From: Eledone cirrhosa
Taxonomy: Eukaryota
Length of the DNA: 64,000 bases
Assembly (NCBI GenBank): GCA_964016885.1
Contig: OZ024740.1
Coordinates: 276,892,001 to 276,956,000 of the forward strand
Direction: 5' to 3'
Shown here: positions 1 to 12,414 of the stretch, in pieces
Layout: every line of letters begins with the position of its first letter
Position numbering within the stretch: the stretch's first letter is position 1
Notes under the pieces: model-generated
What the model saw: the letters and a program-made list of their open reading frames with translations, nothing else
Told to the model about the DNA's origin: nothing
Database searches by the model: none
Made by a program: the position numbers and the translations under genes

Positions 1-1033
1 CACATTTCCTTTTTGGCTATTTTAAATGTGGACCTTTTTTGTTGTTTTTCTTGCAGTTACTGCCAATACCTCTATGGGACAGCTAATTGAGCCCTTATCT
101 CCTTCACTTTAACCAATTTGGCTGCCTGTGCCAAGTATGAATTTTCGTTCTATCCAGGAAGATTTTGAAGAATCCAGTAATTGTCTCTACTGTAGACGCT
201 TAAAGTGCGTCTGTTATTTCTTTTGTTATTATCGTGCTCAACTTTGTTGCTGGTGGTGTTCAGGATTTCTGTTGAAGTGGGGTTGCGGGGTTGATTATTT
301 ATTTGCTGTTGTTGTCTTTCTTGTTCATAGTGCTATTGTTATTGCTCTTCTCATTGACATTGTTGTTAGTATTGTTTTCATTAGTACCATTTAAATTAGT
401 CTTGATTCATTGGTTCAACCTACCACTGCTTGCTTTCGTTGTTGTACACATTGTTGACGATATCGTAGTTTTTGCTTCTGTCACCGCTATTATGGCTGTT
501 ACTTTCAGTGATATTTTTGTTGTTCTAGTGGTAGTCTTTGGTATCTTTTAACTTTTTTTTTACTGCTACTCAACGGGTTCAAAGTATAATTGTTGCGGTT
601 GTTTTTGTTCCTCCTGCCAGTGTTGTTGTTGCTATATTTTCGTTCCTTGCATATTTTTGAGATGTTGGTGGTGGTGTGTACTCCAGTTCAGCTCTGTTTG
701 TTCTAGTTGAAATTTGTCTGTTCTATTTTACAGATGCAAAGGGGTGATGTTTGCCTCTATTTTTGTTTAAAAAATAAGAGACGTATTTGCATATGAAATA
801 CACATTTTTCTCTGAAGGACCAAATTTGGAAGAACACCTTTTTTGAGGATTGTTGTAAATAATAAAAACCAGGAATTTACGTATCGATGGATATTAGGAA
901 CACAGTTAAGGTAGTAATAATAATTGGCACAAGGCCAGCAATTGCCCAGAGCATTACTGTTACTTTAATTTATCGACCCTATAAGGATGAAAGGCAAAGT
1001 TAACCTAAGGTAGTAATAATAATAATAATAATG

Positions 1034-1246
1034 ATTTCTACTATAAGTACAAGACCAGCAATTTGTGGAGAGGAGAAAGTCGATTAAATCGACCCCGATG
1101 TACTACTGGTACTTTATTTAATCGACCCCGTAAGGAGGAAAAGCAAAGCTAACCTCGGTGGGATTTGAACTTTGACCGTAGAGGGCCGTACCTCTATGCT
1201 GAAAAGCATTGTGTCACGCTCTACCGATACTTCCAACCAACCAACC
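1034..1246 (-). mobile_element. tRNA-derived SINE (dominant family); a partial copy also lies at ~925-1010
   Basis: Reverse complement of the family consensus GGATTGGCAGTATCGGTAGAG..GTTCAAATCC (B box)..TTTGCCTTTCATCCTTACGGGGTCGATAAAATAAAGTACCAG, with an (ATT)n tail. The central domain resembles the Meta-SINE domain (recalled, not aligned). Confidence 0.8.
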
Positions 1247-1299
1247 ATAATAATAGTAATAATAATAATTAATAATTGATAAATTAAATAAAACTAAAT

Positions 1300-1920
1300 G
1301 AAATTCAATAACATTAAATGTTCTAAGAAGATAGATAATATATATAACAGAACATTTTAAATGTTAGATAAAGTGAAATAAGAAGACCACGACACCCAAA
1401 CAAAGGAAATATTCCATATAACTGATGGAGATTTGAACCATTATTTCCTCAGGAATGTGCAGATATTATACCGGAGAATGCATTATAAACCATCTTAGGA
1501 AACGACAATTGGAGTTATACATATATAGACAACATTCACGATGTTTGGAAAATATTTGTATAGATAATGTATACATACATACATGGTTTTCGTAGAGTAG
1601 CAATAAGCTGTCCATTTCTAATACCTGGATAGCAGACAAATATAATCTAAAAACTAGAGAATTGAGTGATCTCAAAACGATAGGTCAAGCATAAACCTTC
1701 AAATTGTCTATACATTGCACTACGTCTTGACAGAAGCACTAAATAAGTAAATATATCAAGAATTAAATCTCTATCTGAATAATAGAAAAGCTATAAAGCA
1801 GGGTCGTATGACCGTAAATATTGGTTATTAATAAATACAACAATATTAGAAGACTACAGGCAATGAACTAATACATACTGCCTGGATTGGTTAGAAAAAA
1901 ATCCATGATTATATACAGTA
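1300..1920 (+). pseudogene. Highly decayed R4/Dong-like RT fragment
   Basis: Residual similarity to the QKG..KGSYGCKDQLLIN and WIDYKKAYD regions of the Dong ORFs at 9-15 kb; many stop codons. Confidence 0.4.
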
Positions 1921-3147
1921 TTTATAGATCCTTGTACTAATCGTTGATGCAGCGTGTGTCACAGGCTCTTCTTCTCGGCAATATCTTTGCTATTTTGTCC
2001 GTGGAACACAGTCGAGATATACTGCCTAGACTATGACGTAGAGTCTGCCGCTTCCCATTACTTTAGCTAGTTAAATCTTTTTCTCTTTCTGCGTTTTTGT
2101 TTTCATACACAAACGTTGATGAATTGTAAATATCTTTATTTTACCCAACGACTAATTCGCCTTTTTCTATCCACGATAATATTGTATATAAACACAAGTA
2201 AGGTTGATATGAAAATTATTTATAAAGTTCTGACCGTAGCGCAAAAGAAAATAGACACATCGCTTATGAGAAAAAATACAGTCATTCTGTGTTTAAACAA
2301 ATTGTTTATGGGTTATCTACGGTTAGATTTGATACTTTTAATAAAAAAGAATTACATGACAAAACTAAAACATTCAGTTTAATACAAAGAGAAGTACAGT
2401 AATATTTCGAATAACTAAGTGATCTAACCTTATATTCTTCAAACAACGCAACACATTTATCTCAAATTATCTGGTTTGTGACATTTGACTAACCCCACGA
2501 CTAACCTGAAAGACGGACCAGAAGGCCTGAAAAATGTCGGTAAGACCCAGTATTTTCTAAATAGACATGATTTAAAATATGTACTAAATCTAATTATTAA
2601 GCCTAGTTGTTATATGTGGGATCGAATTGATGAAATGTTCAGCCAAACGTTAGTTGGATGCCTCACACTTTACTGTATATCAGCCTTAACAGGATGGCTG
2701 TCTAGAAAATAAGATAGAGATAACAACTTCTTTCAAAATATTGTCAGTAAAAGAAAATAGTTTAAATATATGTGATATGTAATAACAGACTGATGAGGAC
2801 ATATGAGACAACCACTGAGATATCATTATAAAAAAGCAGAATATTCATGTCTTTTGTACTTATTGATGTTGCTTGCTCATCCAAGAAGAACATATCAGTC
2901 AAATTTAAAAAAAAAATTCTATAACGTAAATAGCTGGAAATAAAAATTTCAGATATGTAGCTACACGAATTGTACCTGTAATTATAGAAATACTGAAAGT
3001 AATGAAACGTGATACAAAACAGAACATCAAAGAATTGTTGCGAAAGAGACTGCATGTATAAAGATCAAGTCTCATTCCTGTAGAAAATATCAATGTAATT
3101 ATGACAAACAAAACGAACATCTTATAATCATGAATTTACTTTTAGTA

Positions 3148-3235
3148 TACGAGGGTCGGTTGAAAGTTCATAGAATGACAATGAAGGGTTGATGTTAAAG
3201 CTATGAAACCGTGCATGCATTAATTTCAACTCTTA
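3148..3235 (+). mobile_element. mariner-type terminal fragment
   Basis: Begins TACGAGGGTCGGTTGAAAGTTCA; similar to the reverse complement of 49920-50009. Confidence 0.55.
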
Positions 3236-3242
3236 TTAATAT

Positions 3243-3930
3243 TGGCAAGGGTGTTGGACATATGATCATAATGTCATGGGATCGATTCCTGGGCTGGGTT
3301 GTGTAATGCGTTCTTGAGTAAAACACTGCATTTCACGTTGCTCCAGTATACTCAGCTGAAAATGAATACTAGCAATAGTTAATCCTGCAATCGACTGACG
3401 TCCAGTCCTGGGGGAAGTCTTCTAATGTCAGTTGCTTCACGCCACGGAACGGAATTGTTTCTTTGCAGGGAATATACCTCATTTGGACATTCTATGAGAG
3501 TACCTTGGTCAGCCCTTGAAATGTTCAGCCGACTCAATTTGGATTAATAGAGAATACGAACTATATATAGTAGTAGTAAATGTAGCAATGAAGGTGTGTG
3601 GCTGATTGGTTAGAACATTGGATTCACAATTATGAAGTTGTGAGTTTGATTTCCGGACCGGATGTGGTGTTGTGCCCTTGAGTGAGACACATGATTCCAT
3701 GTTATTCCAGTTCATTCAGTTGCAGAAATGAGTTACAACGTCACTGGTACCAAGCTGTATCGGCCTTTCTCTTTCCCTGGAACAACATCGGTGGCGTGGT
3801 GAGGGGAGATTGGTAGAGATGGAGGACTGGTGCTTTTCCATAAATAAAAAAAAAATTTGCCTGGGCTTGTTACGTGGAGGGGAACTTTCTAGGTGGTGTA
3901 AAATTCATGGTCATTCGTGACCGAAGGTTT
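3243..3930 (+). mobile_element. Two CORE-type tRNA-SINEs (~3243-3450 and ~3589-3930)
   Basis: tRNA-like head followed by a CORE-like segment (TGTGCCCTTGAG..ACAC..TTGCTCCAGT..ACTCAGCTG..AAATGAGT); similar to 51989-52315. Confidence 0.7.
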
Positions 3931-4829
3931 TTTTTAGTAGTAGTAGAAGAAGAAGAAGAAGAAGAAGAAGAAGAAGAAGAAGAAGAAGAAGAAGAAGAAG
4001 AAGAAGAAGAAACAACAACAATTCTTGCATGAACTCAAATATTGAAAGAAGGTCTGGAGACTACGAAGTGGGAATTTGCAACATTCATGCTCTTCCAAAT
4101 ATAATCATTTCTTTTTTTTATTTTCCCTTTTGCCATAAGAGAGAAACTTCCTGATTTCGTGCCTCTGCGATAATTTGCTTCTATTACGAAACGATAACAA
4201 TGAATATTTAATATAAGAGCAATGATAACAACAACAGCAGAAACAACCATAGAGACATCAAGAACAATAATGATAATATCATCAAATACATCATCATCAT
4301 TATTAACAGCAGTAATAGCATTAGCATGATAGCAGCAGCATTAGTGCTAGTATTATTATGGCTGTCGCATTGCTCAGTTTCTTTGGTTTTATCTTCAAGC
4401 TGAACCAGTAGTTAGTTAGTTCTCGGGGATTCGTGCTCACTTCCTATTGAGAACGGAAGGGGAAGAAAGTGAAGGATGAAAGAGAAGAAGAAGAAGAAGA
4501 AGAAGAAGAAGAAGAAGAAGAAGAAGAAGAAGAAGAAGAAGAAGAAGAAGGCAGATTGAAAAAAAAAAAATACGTAAAGCGTAATATTGAATAAAAGAGC
4601 AGTCAACAGAGTTCTTGGAGTTCTTTGTGAAATGGAATCGGTGCGAACTTAGCAGTCTCACAGCATGCCAGATGTCGTACACATTCTTATCAACACCTGG
4701 TGCCTTATCTGTTTTACACACACTGACAAACATGCTTGCACACCCACTCAGATATACACATATGCACATATATCTATGAATAAAGCTGGATATATATATA
4801 TATATATATATATATAAACATATACATAC

Positions 4830-4923
<94 letters not shown>

Positions 4924-5265
4924 ATATTTGGGGAGGCTTATATATATATATATATATATATACATATATATACTGGCATGTATACCTAGGTGTGCGTGTA
5001 AGTGTGTGCATTCATGGATACAAATGCATTGAAAAATATCCTATTCACAATGATACATGTGCAGGTATAGTTGGATGTTACGAGTGTGTGTGTCTGTGTG
5101 CGGGGATATGTATGGGTGTGTGAGACAGAGTGCGTGTGTGTATAGGTTTGGGTGGGTGTGTACATGTATAGGATTATATAATTATGTGTGAACACACACA
5201 CATAACACACACAAACGCACATACACACAAACTAATATGCATATGTATGATTATATATGCATGTA

Positions 5266-5317
<52 letters not shown>

Positions 5318-5477
5318 AAAATATATATATACACACACACATATATATATACATACATATATATATACACATATATATATATACATATATATAAATATAT
5401 ATATGTATATATATATAAATCAATATATATATATACATATACACATATTTATATATGTATAAATACATACATACATG

Positions 5478-5571
<94 letters not shown>

Positions 5572-5881
5572 TATACATACAGAGAGTGAGAGAGGGCGGG
5601 GAAGGAAAAGAGAAATACATATTTATAAACATGTAAAAGAAACGAATGACTCATTGCCGCTTACATCAATAACAATAAGCACATATCTAGATGCAAATAA
5701 AGAGTCTCATATAGAGGCACACTCAAACAAATATATTTCTATGTATATATGTGTACATATGTATGTGGTTAGTGTGGCTGTTCGTGTATTTGCATGTGTT
5801 GGGTAGAAATATTTATGTGTTGAGATATTTTGGGGGTTATATTAATTTCTATCGCGTATTTGAAAATATTCTTATGCTTGC

Positions 5882-5916
<35 letters not shown>

Positions 5917-6040
5917 GCAAAGTCAACCTCGGCGGGATTTGAACTCAGATCGTAAAGGGACGTAACTATGCTGGTGTGTGTGTGTGTGTGTCAGTTCGTT
6001 TAAAGATGCGAGATTGTGTTTTATATATATATATATATAA

Positions 6041-6220
6041 GGGCGGTGGTATCGGTAGAGTGTTGGACGCCATGATTTCCAGCATAGTTACGTCCCTTTA
6101 CGATCTGAGTTTAAATCGCGCCGAGGTTGACTTTGCATTTCATCCTTACGGGGTCGATAAAATAAAGTATAGTAATGCAGTGGGTAATTGCTGGCCTTGT
6201 GCCTAAAGTAGAAACAATTA
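6041..6220 (+). mobile_element. SINE (dominant family); an inverted fragment lies at 5913-5974
   Basis: Direct match to the family consensus. Confidence 0.85.
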
Positions 6221-6260
6221 TATATATATGTGTATATATATATATATATATATGTATATG

Positions 6261-6291
<31 letters not shown>

Positions 6292-6385
6292 GTATACAAA
6301 TATATATTTATATATATATATATATATGTGCACATGTATATATACATGTGTATGTGTTTCTATGGGTATATATATATATGTATAT

Positions 6386-6440
<55 letters not shown>

Positions 6441-6959
6441 TATATATAAGTGTGCGTGTGTGTTTGTGTGAGAAAGAGAGAGAGGCAGAGAGAGGCATAG
6501 AGAGAGAGAGAGAGTGAGAGATAGAGAGAGAGAGAGAGGGGGGAGAGAGAGAGAGAGTGAGAGATAGAGAGAGAGGGGGAGAGAGAGAGAGAGTGAGAGA
6601 GAGAGTTTACATTGACTAGCACACGCATATGCACACTCACACTCACACACATGCATATACATTCATAAATACAAACAATGAACGCACAAGTGCAAACAGG
6701 TTCGCATACTGTTCATGACGTAAGCATGCCATGCTATGCCTGATAAGACGATAAGAAGAGTAGAGATTGCTGACTATCGTAAGAGTTGTCTCAACTATCG
6801 TAATTGTTCCAATTGTCTTCTCTATTCTGTTCTCTTCCAGCCAGGCTTCGGAAAGAGGCAAATGGCATCATGCTTCATCTATGTTGACGCAATTTGTGTT
6901 ATGTGCGTTTCAGTCTACGTCATTATCATCACTTGTAATATGTAATCTGCACGTGCCTG

Positions 6960-7045
<86 letters not shown>

Positions 7046-7104
7046 TATATAAATATATAAATATATATATATATATAAATATATATATATATGTTTCTAT
7101 GTAT

Positions 7105-7173
<69 letters not shown>

Positions 7174-7345
7174 CAGTTTGTTTAAAGATGCGAGATTGTG
7201 TTTTATTATATATATTTTATTTGCATGTATGTTTTCTCTTTCATAATTATGTTATTTTATATCTTAAAGATATACAATGTCGTGTTGCTAAGACATTTAA
7301 AACAAAATAGTATGGTATTAAAATGAGTAAAAAACATATTAAATT

Positions 7346-7544
7346 GGTGGATTGGCAGTATCGGTATAGGGTCGGACGTCATACTTTGACGCATAGAGCT
7401 ACGGCCCTTTCCCTTCTGAGTTCAAATCCCGCCGAGGTCAACTTTGCCTTTCATCCTTAAGGGGTCGATAAAATAAAGTACCAGTATTACACTGGGTAAT
7501 GCTGGCCTTGTGTCTGTATAAGAAACCATTATTATTATTATTAT
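7346..7544 (+). mobile_element. SINE whose (ATT)n tail abuts the 3' end of an R4/Dong element
   Basis: Consensus match; tail CCATTATTATTATTATTAT. Confidence 0.85.
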
Positions 7545-10500
7545 AGCTGCATTTATCTTGCTTTATTTTCATACGAGTTATCACCAGGTCACAACCAGTG
7601 ACCTCAAGAGACAACAAGTTCCGCCATGTTCAAGAAAGAACATACATACTCATACGTGCATCTTTAGGTGTTTAGACTTGTGATGTACTTATATTGACAG
7701 AATCTTCCCTAGTATATGGGCAGTTCCCATTAGTACTATCTTTTGTATTTCTCCTATACGCGGGTTTCCTGGGATTTGCGATAAATAATCATTAGACCCC
7801 TTAGGTATCATTCCTAGAGCGCCTACAACCACTGGTATTGTTTTAGTTCTCAATTTCCACATTTTTCCAATTTCTATCTCCAGGTCCTTATACTTGCTCA
7901 ATTTTTCAAATGTTTTTATAGATACATTCTTGTCTATTGGAACGGACATATCAATTAGCAGGCATACCCTCTTTTTAAAGTCCTTCAATATTATATCAGG
8001 TCTATTTGCATCTATTTTTCGATCTGTTTGGATGCTAAAGTTCCACAAGATTGAGATGTGATCTTTTTCAAATATGGGAGGTGGTTGATGCTCCCACCAA
8101 TTCTTTTGATGGGGCAGGTCAAAATGCTTACACATCATCCAATGTATGTATTGTGCAGCTCTGTCATGCCTGTTTAGGTATTCGGTTGGAGCTATAGAAC
8201 TGCACATTGAAATTATATGGTCAATGGTTTCTGGTTGTTTTTTTACATACACGGCATAATGGGCTGCATCCATTTTTTATTATGTTGGCTTGGTAATTTT
8301 TTGTTGGCAGACACTGATCTTGTGCTGATATAATCAGTCCTTCAGTCTCCGATTTCAGTCCAGAGGATGCCAACCACTGATGGGTTAAAGTTTTGTCAAC
8401 ATCAGGATTGTTAGCTCGTTCTGGGTATTTTCCATACAGAGGCTTTTCTTGCCATTTCTTAGCCAGTTTCTGTAGCAGTTCTTTCTTTGCAGTTACTTTT
8501 ACCTGCTTTGCTTTTTCTGTGTTTTCCATTTCAGCAATACATGGGACTTCTGAAATGTGTAGTCCATTACTGTATCTTCGTGCATCTTTTGTAATGGAGT
8601 ATGATCTTTTGATGCTTTCGTGTTTCAAAACGAGTTTGATCATCCGACCATGTGATTCCCTTAGATATGTAGATAATCCAATTGTTGCAGTGTTCAACGC
8701 AATGTCTAACTGGATTAACCCACGTTCTCCTTCTTTCCTAGGGAGATATTCTATTTGTATCTGCCTTAGGGTGATGCATTCTGTGCATGGTTAGGAATTT
8801 TCGAATTTTTGTATCGAGCCTACGGATCTCTGTGCTTGACCAGTTGATGACATTGTAACTGTAGGTTACTACTGGTATGGCAAGCGTGTTTATGGCATCG
8901 ATCCTATTCCTTGCATTCAATTCCGTTCTTAAGATTGCTCTTACTCTGCGGTAACATTCCTTCCTTATCCTTTCCCTCATTGTCGAGTGCTTGATTCCGT
9001 CTCCTTCACAAACACCTAGCTATTTGTAAGTTTTTTCTTGATCAAGTTCTCTTATCACATTCCCCCGATCAAGATTAATGTCTGAACTTTTCAGCAGCTT
9101 TCCTCTGGTGAACGTTGCTTTGGCGCATTTATCTAGTCCAAACTCCATTTTAATGTCATCACTGAACTGCTCCACAGTGGATAATAGCCCTTGCAATTGT
9201 TCATCATTTTTTGCAAATAGTTTCAGGTCATCCATGTAGAACAAGTGATTAATGGTTTTGTCATAGACTTTATATCCATGTTTTGTTTCATTGAGCATTT
9301 TACTTAATGGTATAAGTGCGATGCAGAATAAAAGCGGTGATAAAGAGTCACCCTGAAAAATTCCACAATTAATATTAACTTCTCCAGCTTCCAGTGATTT
9401 TGTTTCTCTATTCAAAAGGAGTGTCGTTTTCCATGTCTTCATACTGAATGACAAAAACCTCCTGACAACGGGGGATATTTTGAAAATCTCTAAACATTTT
9501 TCAATCCAACTGTGTGGCAAACTATCGAATGCTTTTTTATAATCTATCCAAGCAATCGATAGATTTTTGTGTCTATTATGACAATCTTCCAGTATCATTT
9601 TGTTAACCAAAACCTGATCCTTACAGCCATATGAGCCTCTATTACGCCCTTTCTGCTCAATGGGAAATGGGTCATTTGTTATCAGGTGGTCATATGTGTA
9701 TTCAGTTAGGACTGATGTTAAAATTTTATACATTGTGGTCAAGCAAGTTATCGGTCTGTAATTGTTGGGATTGTTTGTCTCATCATTCTTCGGAAGCAGG
9801 AATGTAATGTCGTTAACTAGCCATGATGGTATCTTTTCTGGCTCCTTAACTATTTCATTGTAAAGTTGGGCTAACGGCTCATGAGACTCTGTGAAGGCAT
9901 TTATCCAAAAGTTTTGTATTTTGTGTTTTCCTGGGGATTTCCATTTGCTGGTTTTTCTTAGCGCCAAGCGAAACTGTTCAACTGTTATATTTTCCCATAT
10001 TTGTTCCTCAAGGTGAGCTGTATCTTTCATTTGTCTGTCTATCCATGGGGCATGTATGTTATGAACTTTTTCTTCGGCCCAGATCTTTTCCCAGAATTCT
10101 TGCACTTCCTCCTTGGGTGGTATTGATTTAGCAGTTATTGTTGACTTACCAATTTTTCTGTAGAAGTTTCTTTGGTTGTTTTTGAACATATTATTGTCCT
10201 TATAGAATCTAGATCGTTTTTCAAAGCGCCTTATACGAGTAGCTTTGGCCGACACTTTTTGCTTGATTATTTCTATCAGCATGTCTATGTCACTTGTTGA
10301 TTTTATACTGTACTTTTTTTTCAATTTTCTAAGTTTAGTTTGTTTAACATGTTCACCTACTTTATAGTTTGTTAAAATTTCTATGTCAGATCGGAGAAGG
10401 TTTATTTGGCGATTGATGTTCTCTTGCCAAGTAGATTTCTTGTGGGAATTCCTTTGTTTTTTCATCTTCACTCCACATAAGTGAGTGGTGACTTTAGCCG

Positions 10501-10620
10501 ATGCATAATAGAGATGATTTAAATCAGTAATGTTTAGTTTGTTTGTGATGATAATGTTTTTGAGAATTATGTTAGTCTTGTGTATTATCTTTTGGTTCTG
10601 TTTGGAGTTCTGGATCTTAT
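7545..10620 (-). mobile_element. R4/Dong-clade non-LTR retrotransposon, 5'-truncated and disrupted (family A)
   Basis: ORF pieces 9020-10471, 8738-8980, 8221-8697 and 7689-8273. RT motifs NYRPITCL, WIDYKKAFDS, GIFQGDSLSPLLF and FYMDDLKL; CCHC knuckle; REL endonuclease RHD..RPDI..D..K..KY. One stop and frameshifts; 3' end lies in (TAA)n. Confidence 0.92.
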
Positions 10621-10896
10621 ATAAAGTACCAGTAATGCACTGGGTAATTGCTGGCCTTGTACCTAAAGTAGAAACAATTATATTATTAATATATGTGGAT
10701 TGGCACGGTGGATTGGCAGTATCGGTAGAGAGTCGGACACCATGCTTTGCAGCATAGAGTTACGTCCCTTTATGATCTGAGTTCAAATCCTGCCGAGGTT
10801 AACTTTGCCTTTCATCCTTACAGGGTCGATAAAATAGAGTACCAGTAATGCAATGGGTAATTTGCTGACCTTGTGCCAAAAGTAGAAACTATTATT
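10621..10896 (+). mobile_element. SINE 3' fragment (10621-10688) plus a full SINE (10697-10896)
   Basis: Consensus matches; the 5' GTGGATTGGCA is duplicated. Confidence 0.85.
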
Positions 10897-12381
10897 GGTG
10901 ACAGGAGCAATGACCAACCAGGAAAAGTCGGTGGGCCTGCAGATCGGCACCCGGAAAGGCAGGTCCATGCCGTCCAAACGGCGTCGTCGGGCGCTGGACG
11001 GACGGACCGGTTAAATTGCTAGTGGTCTGGTTCGGTCCGAACCTCCAGACGGACAAAATACTGGGACGAGGTGACGAGCAGGGTGGCTTCTCTCACCCAG
11101 AAATGGGCCGAGAGGAAGCTATCGCTGAAAGGTCGAGCGGAGGTGGCTAACGCGTACGTCGTGTCCGTCATCTACTACCGCCTGACCGTCGTGCCTTGTC
11201 CTAAGCTTCGCCTGACTGCGCTGGAGCGTTTGCTCTTTCGCTTTTTGTGGAAGGGACGCGCTCCGATGGTCAGGCAGTCCATCTGCTGTCAACACCCGCT
11301 ACGTGGAGGGCTAGGCATGCCGTGGCTGATGATGCGCAGACACGCGCTCAGGCTACGACATCTCCACCTCTTCCTCGACGGTGATCAGGTGTGGTCGCCA
11401 TTTGCCTGACGCGTTTTTCCCCAGCTGATCTCCTTGATGGAGCTGCAGTCCTGGGTCAAGCGAAGACCGAGAGGGAGCGCTTGGAGACTGGAATGTCTTC
11501 AGGCACTCACGGCCCTCGACCAATCGGGCAATGTGATCGGTGGAAACTCCACCCTGGCGTTCTATAGAGGATTATTGGAGAGGAAGAACGACGACGTACT
11601 TGGGGAAACTCTAGGCGTCGACGAAAATCAACTAGCCAATCTCTTTGGAAGAACTTTCGGTCCGGGGCCTATGGACAACTTCCAGAAATCCCTGGCCTGG
11701 CAGTGCTACCAAGGAGCTTTGCCAATTCGGGATAAACTCTATAGGCATGGAGGTGCCGTTTTCCCGGAATGTCCGAGATGCGCGCAGGGCGACGAAACCG
11801 TCCTGCATGCACTCGTCCAGTGTCCGAGCATTGCTGTCGCGTGTAGAACGGATACGACTATCAGCTGAGTCCATTGTGAGGATTGCCCCGCCCTCTTATT
11901 TTAACCGGGAAGGGCTGGCAGTTTTTATCTGTCTGGTGGCCATGGCGAAAGAGATAGTATAGTGGACGCGTCTGAAAGGGCTGAAGACGAGCACTTCCCT
12001 CTTCGGTGATGCCCTGATTAACTTTATCCAATTTCATTTGAAAATGAAAATCAGGGTAGAGAGGGAGGTGCTCCCTTCCCAGCTTTTTGTTGAAAGATGG
12101 GTGAGAGAAGCAAGAATGGCCCGAGTGAATGGACCTACTCTGAGTATATGCCTGTAAATTGAAGGTGGAAAACTGGGAGAGGACAATTGCCCTCGTTGTC
12201 AGGGTCACTGTGGCTTTTTTTAATGGGCTTTATCCACGATGGCCTTCGGAAGTCTCCCCCTATTGGGGAATTTTTCAATGTTTTTTTTACACGCAGAAAT
12301 GCCCATTTGTACCGTCCTGTATTGTCCTGTACTGTCCTTAATGTCTACTTTGTGTAAACCCTTGTGGTTAATAAAGAAAGC
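10897..12381 (+). mobile_element. L1/Tx1-clade LINE, 5'-truncated and decayed ORF2 C-terminus
   Basis: W..RKLSLKGRA, FRFLWKG, GGLGMP and a zf-RVT-like CPRC..ETVLHALVQC in ORFs 11071-11409 and 11434-11868; ends AATAAAGAAAGC(ATT)n. Confidence 0.85.
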
Positions 12382-12414
12382 ATTATTATTATTATTATTA
12401 TTGTTATTGTTATT

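Noticed and set aside
1933-2196. Possible solo LTR (TGT...ACA)
   Set aside because: No TSD and ambiguous boundaries.
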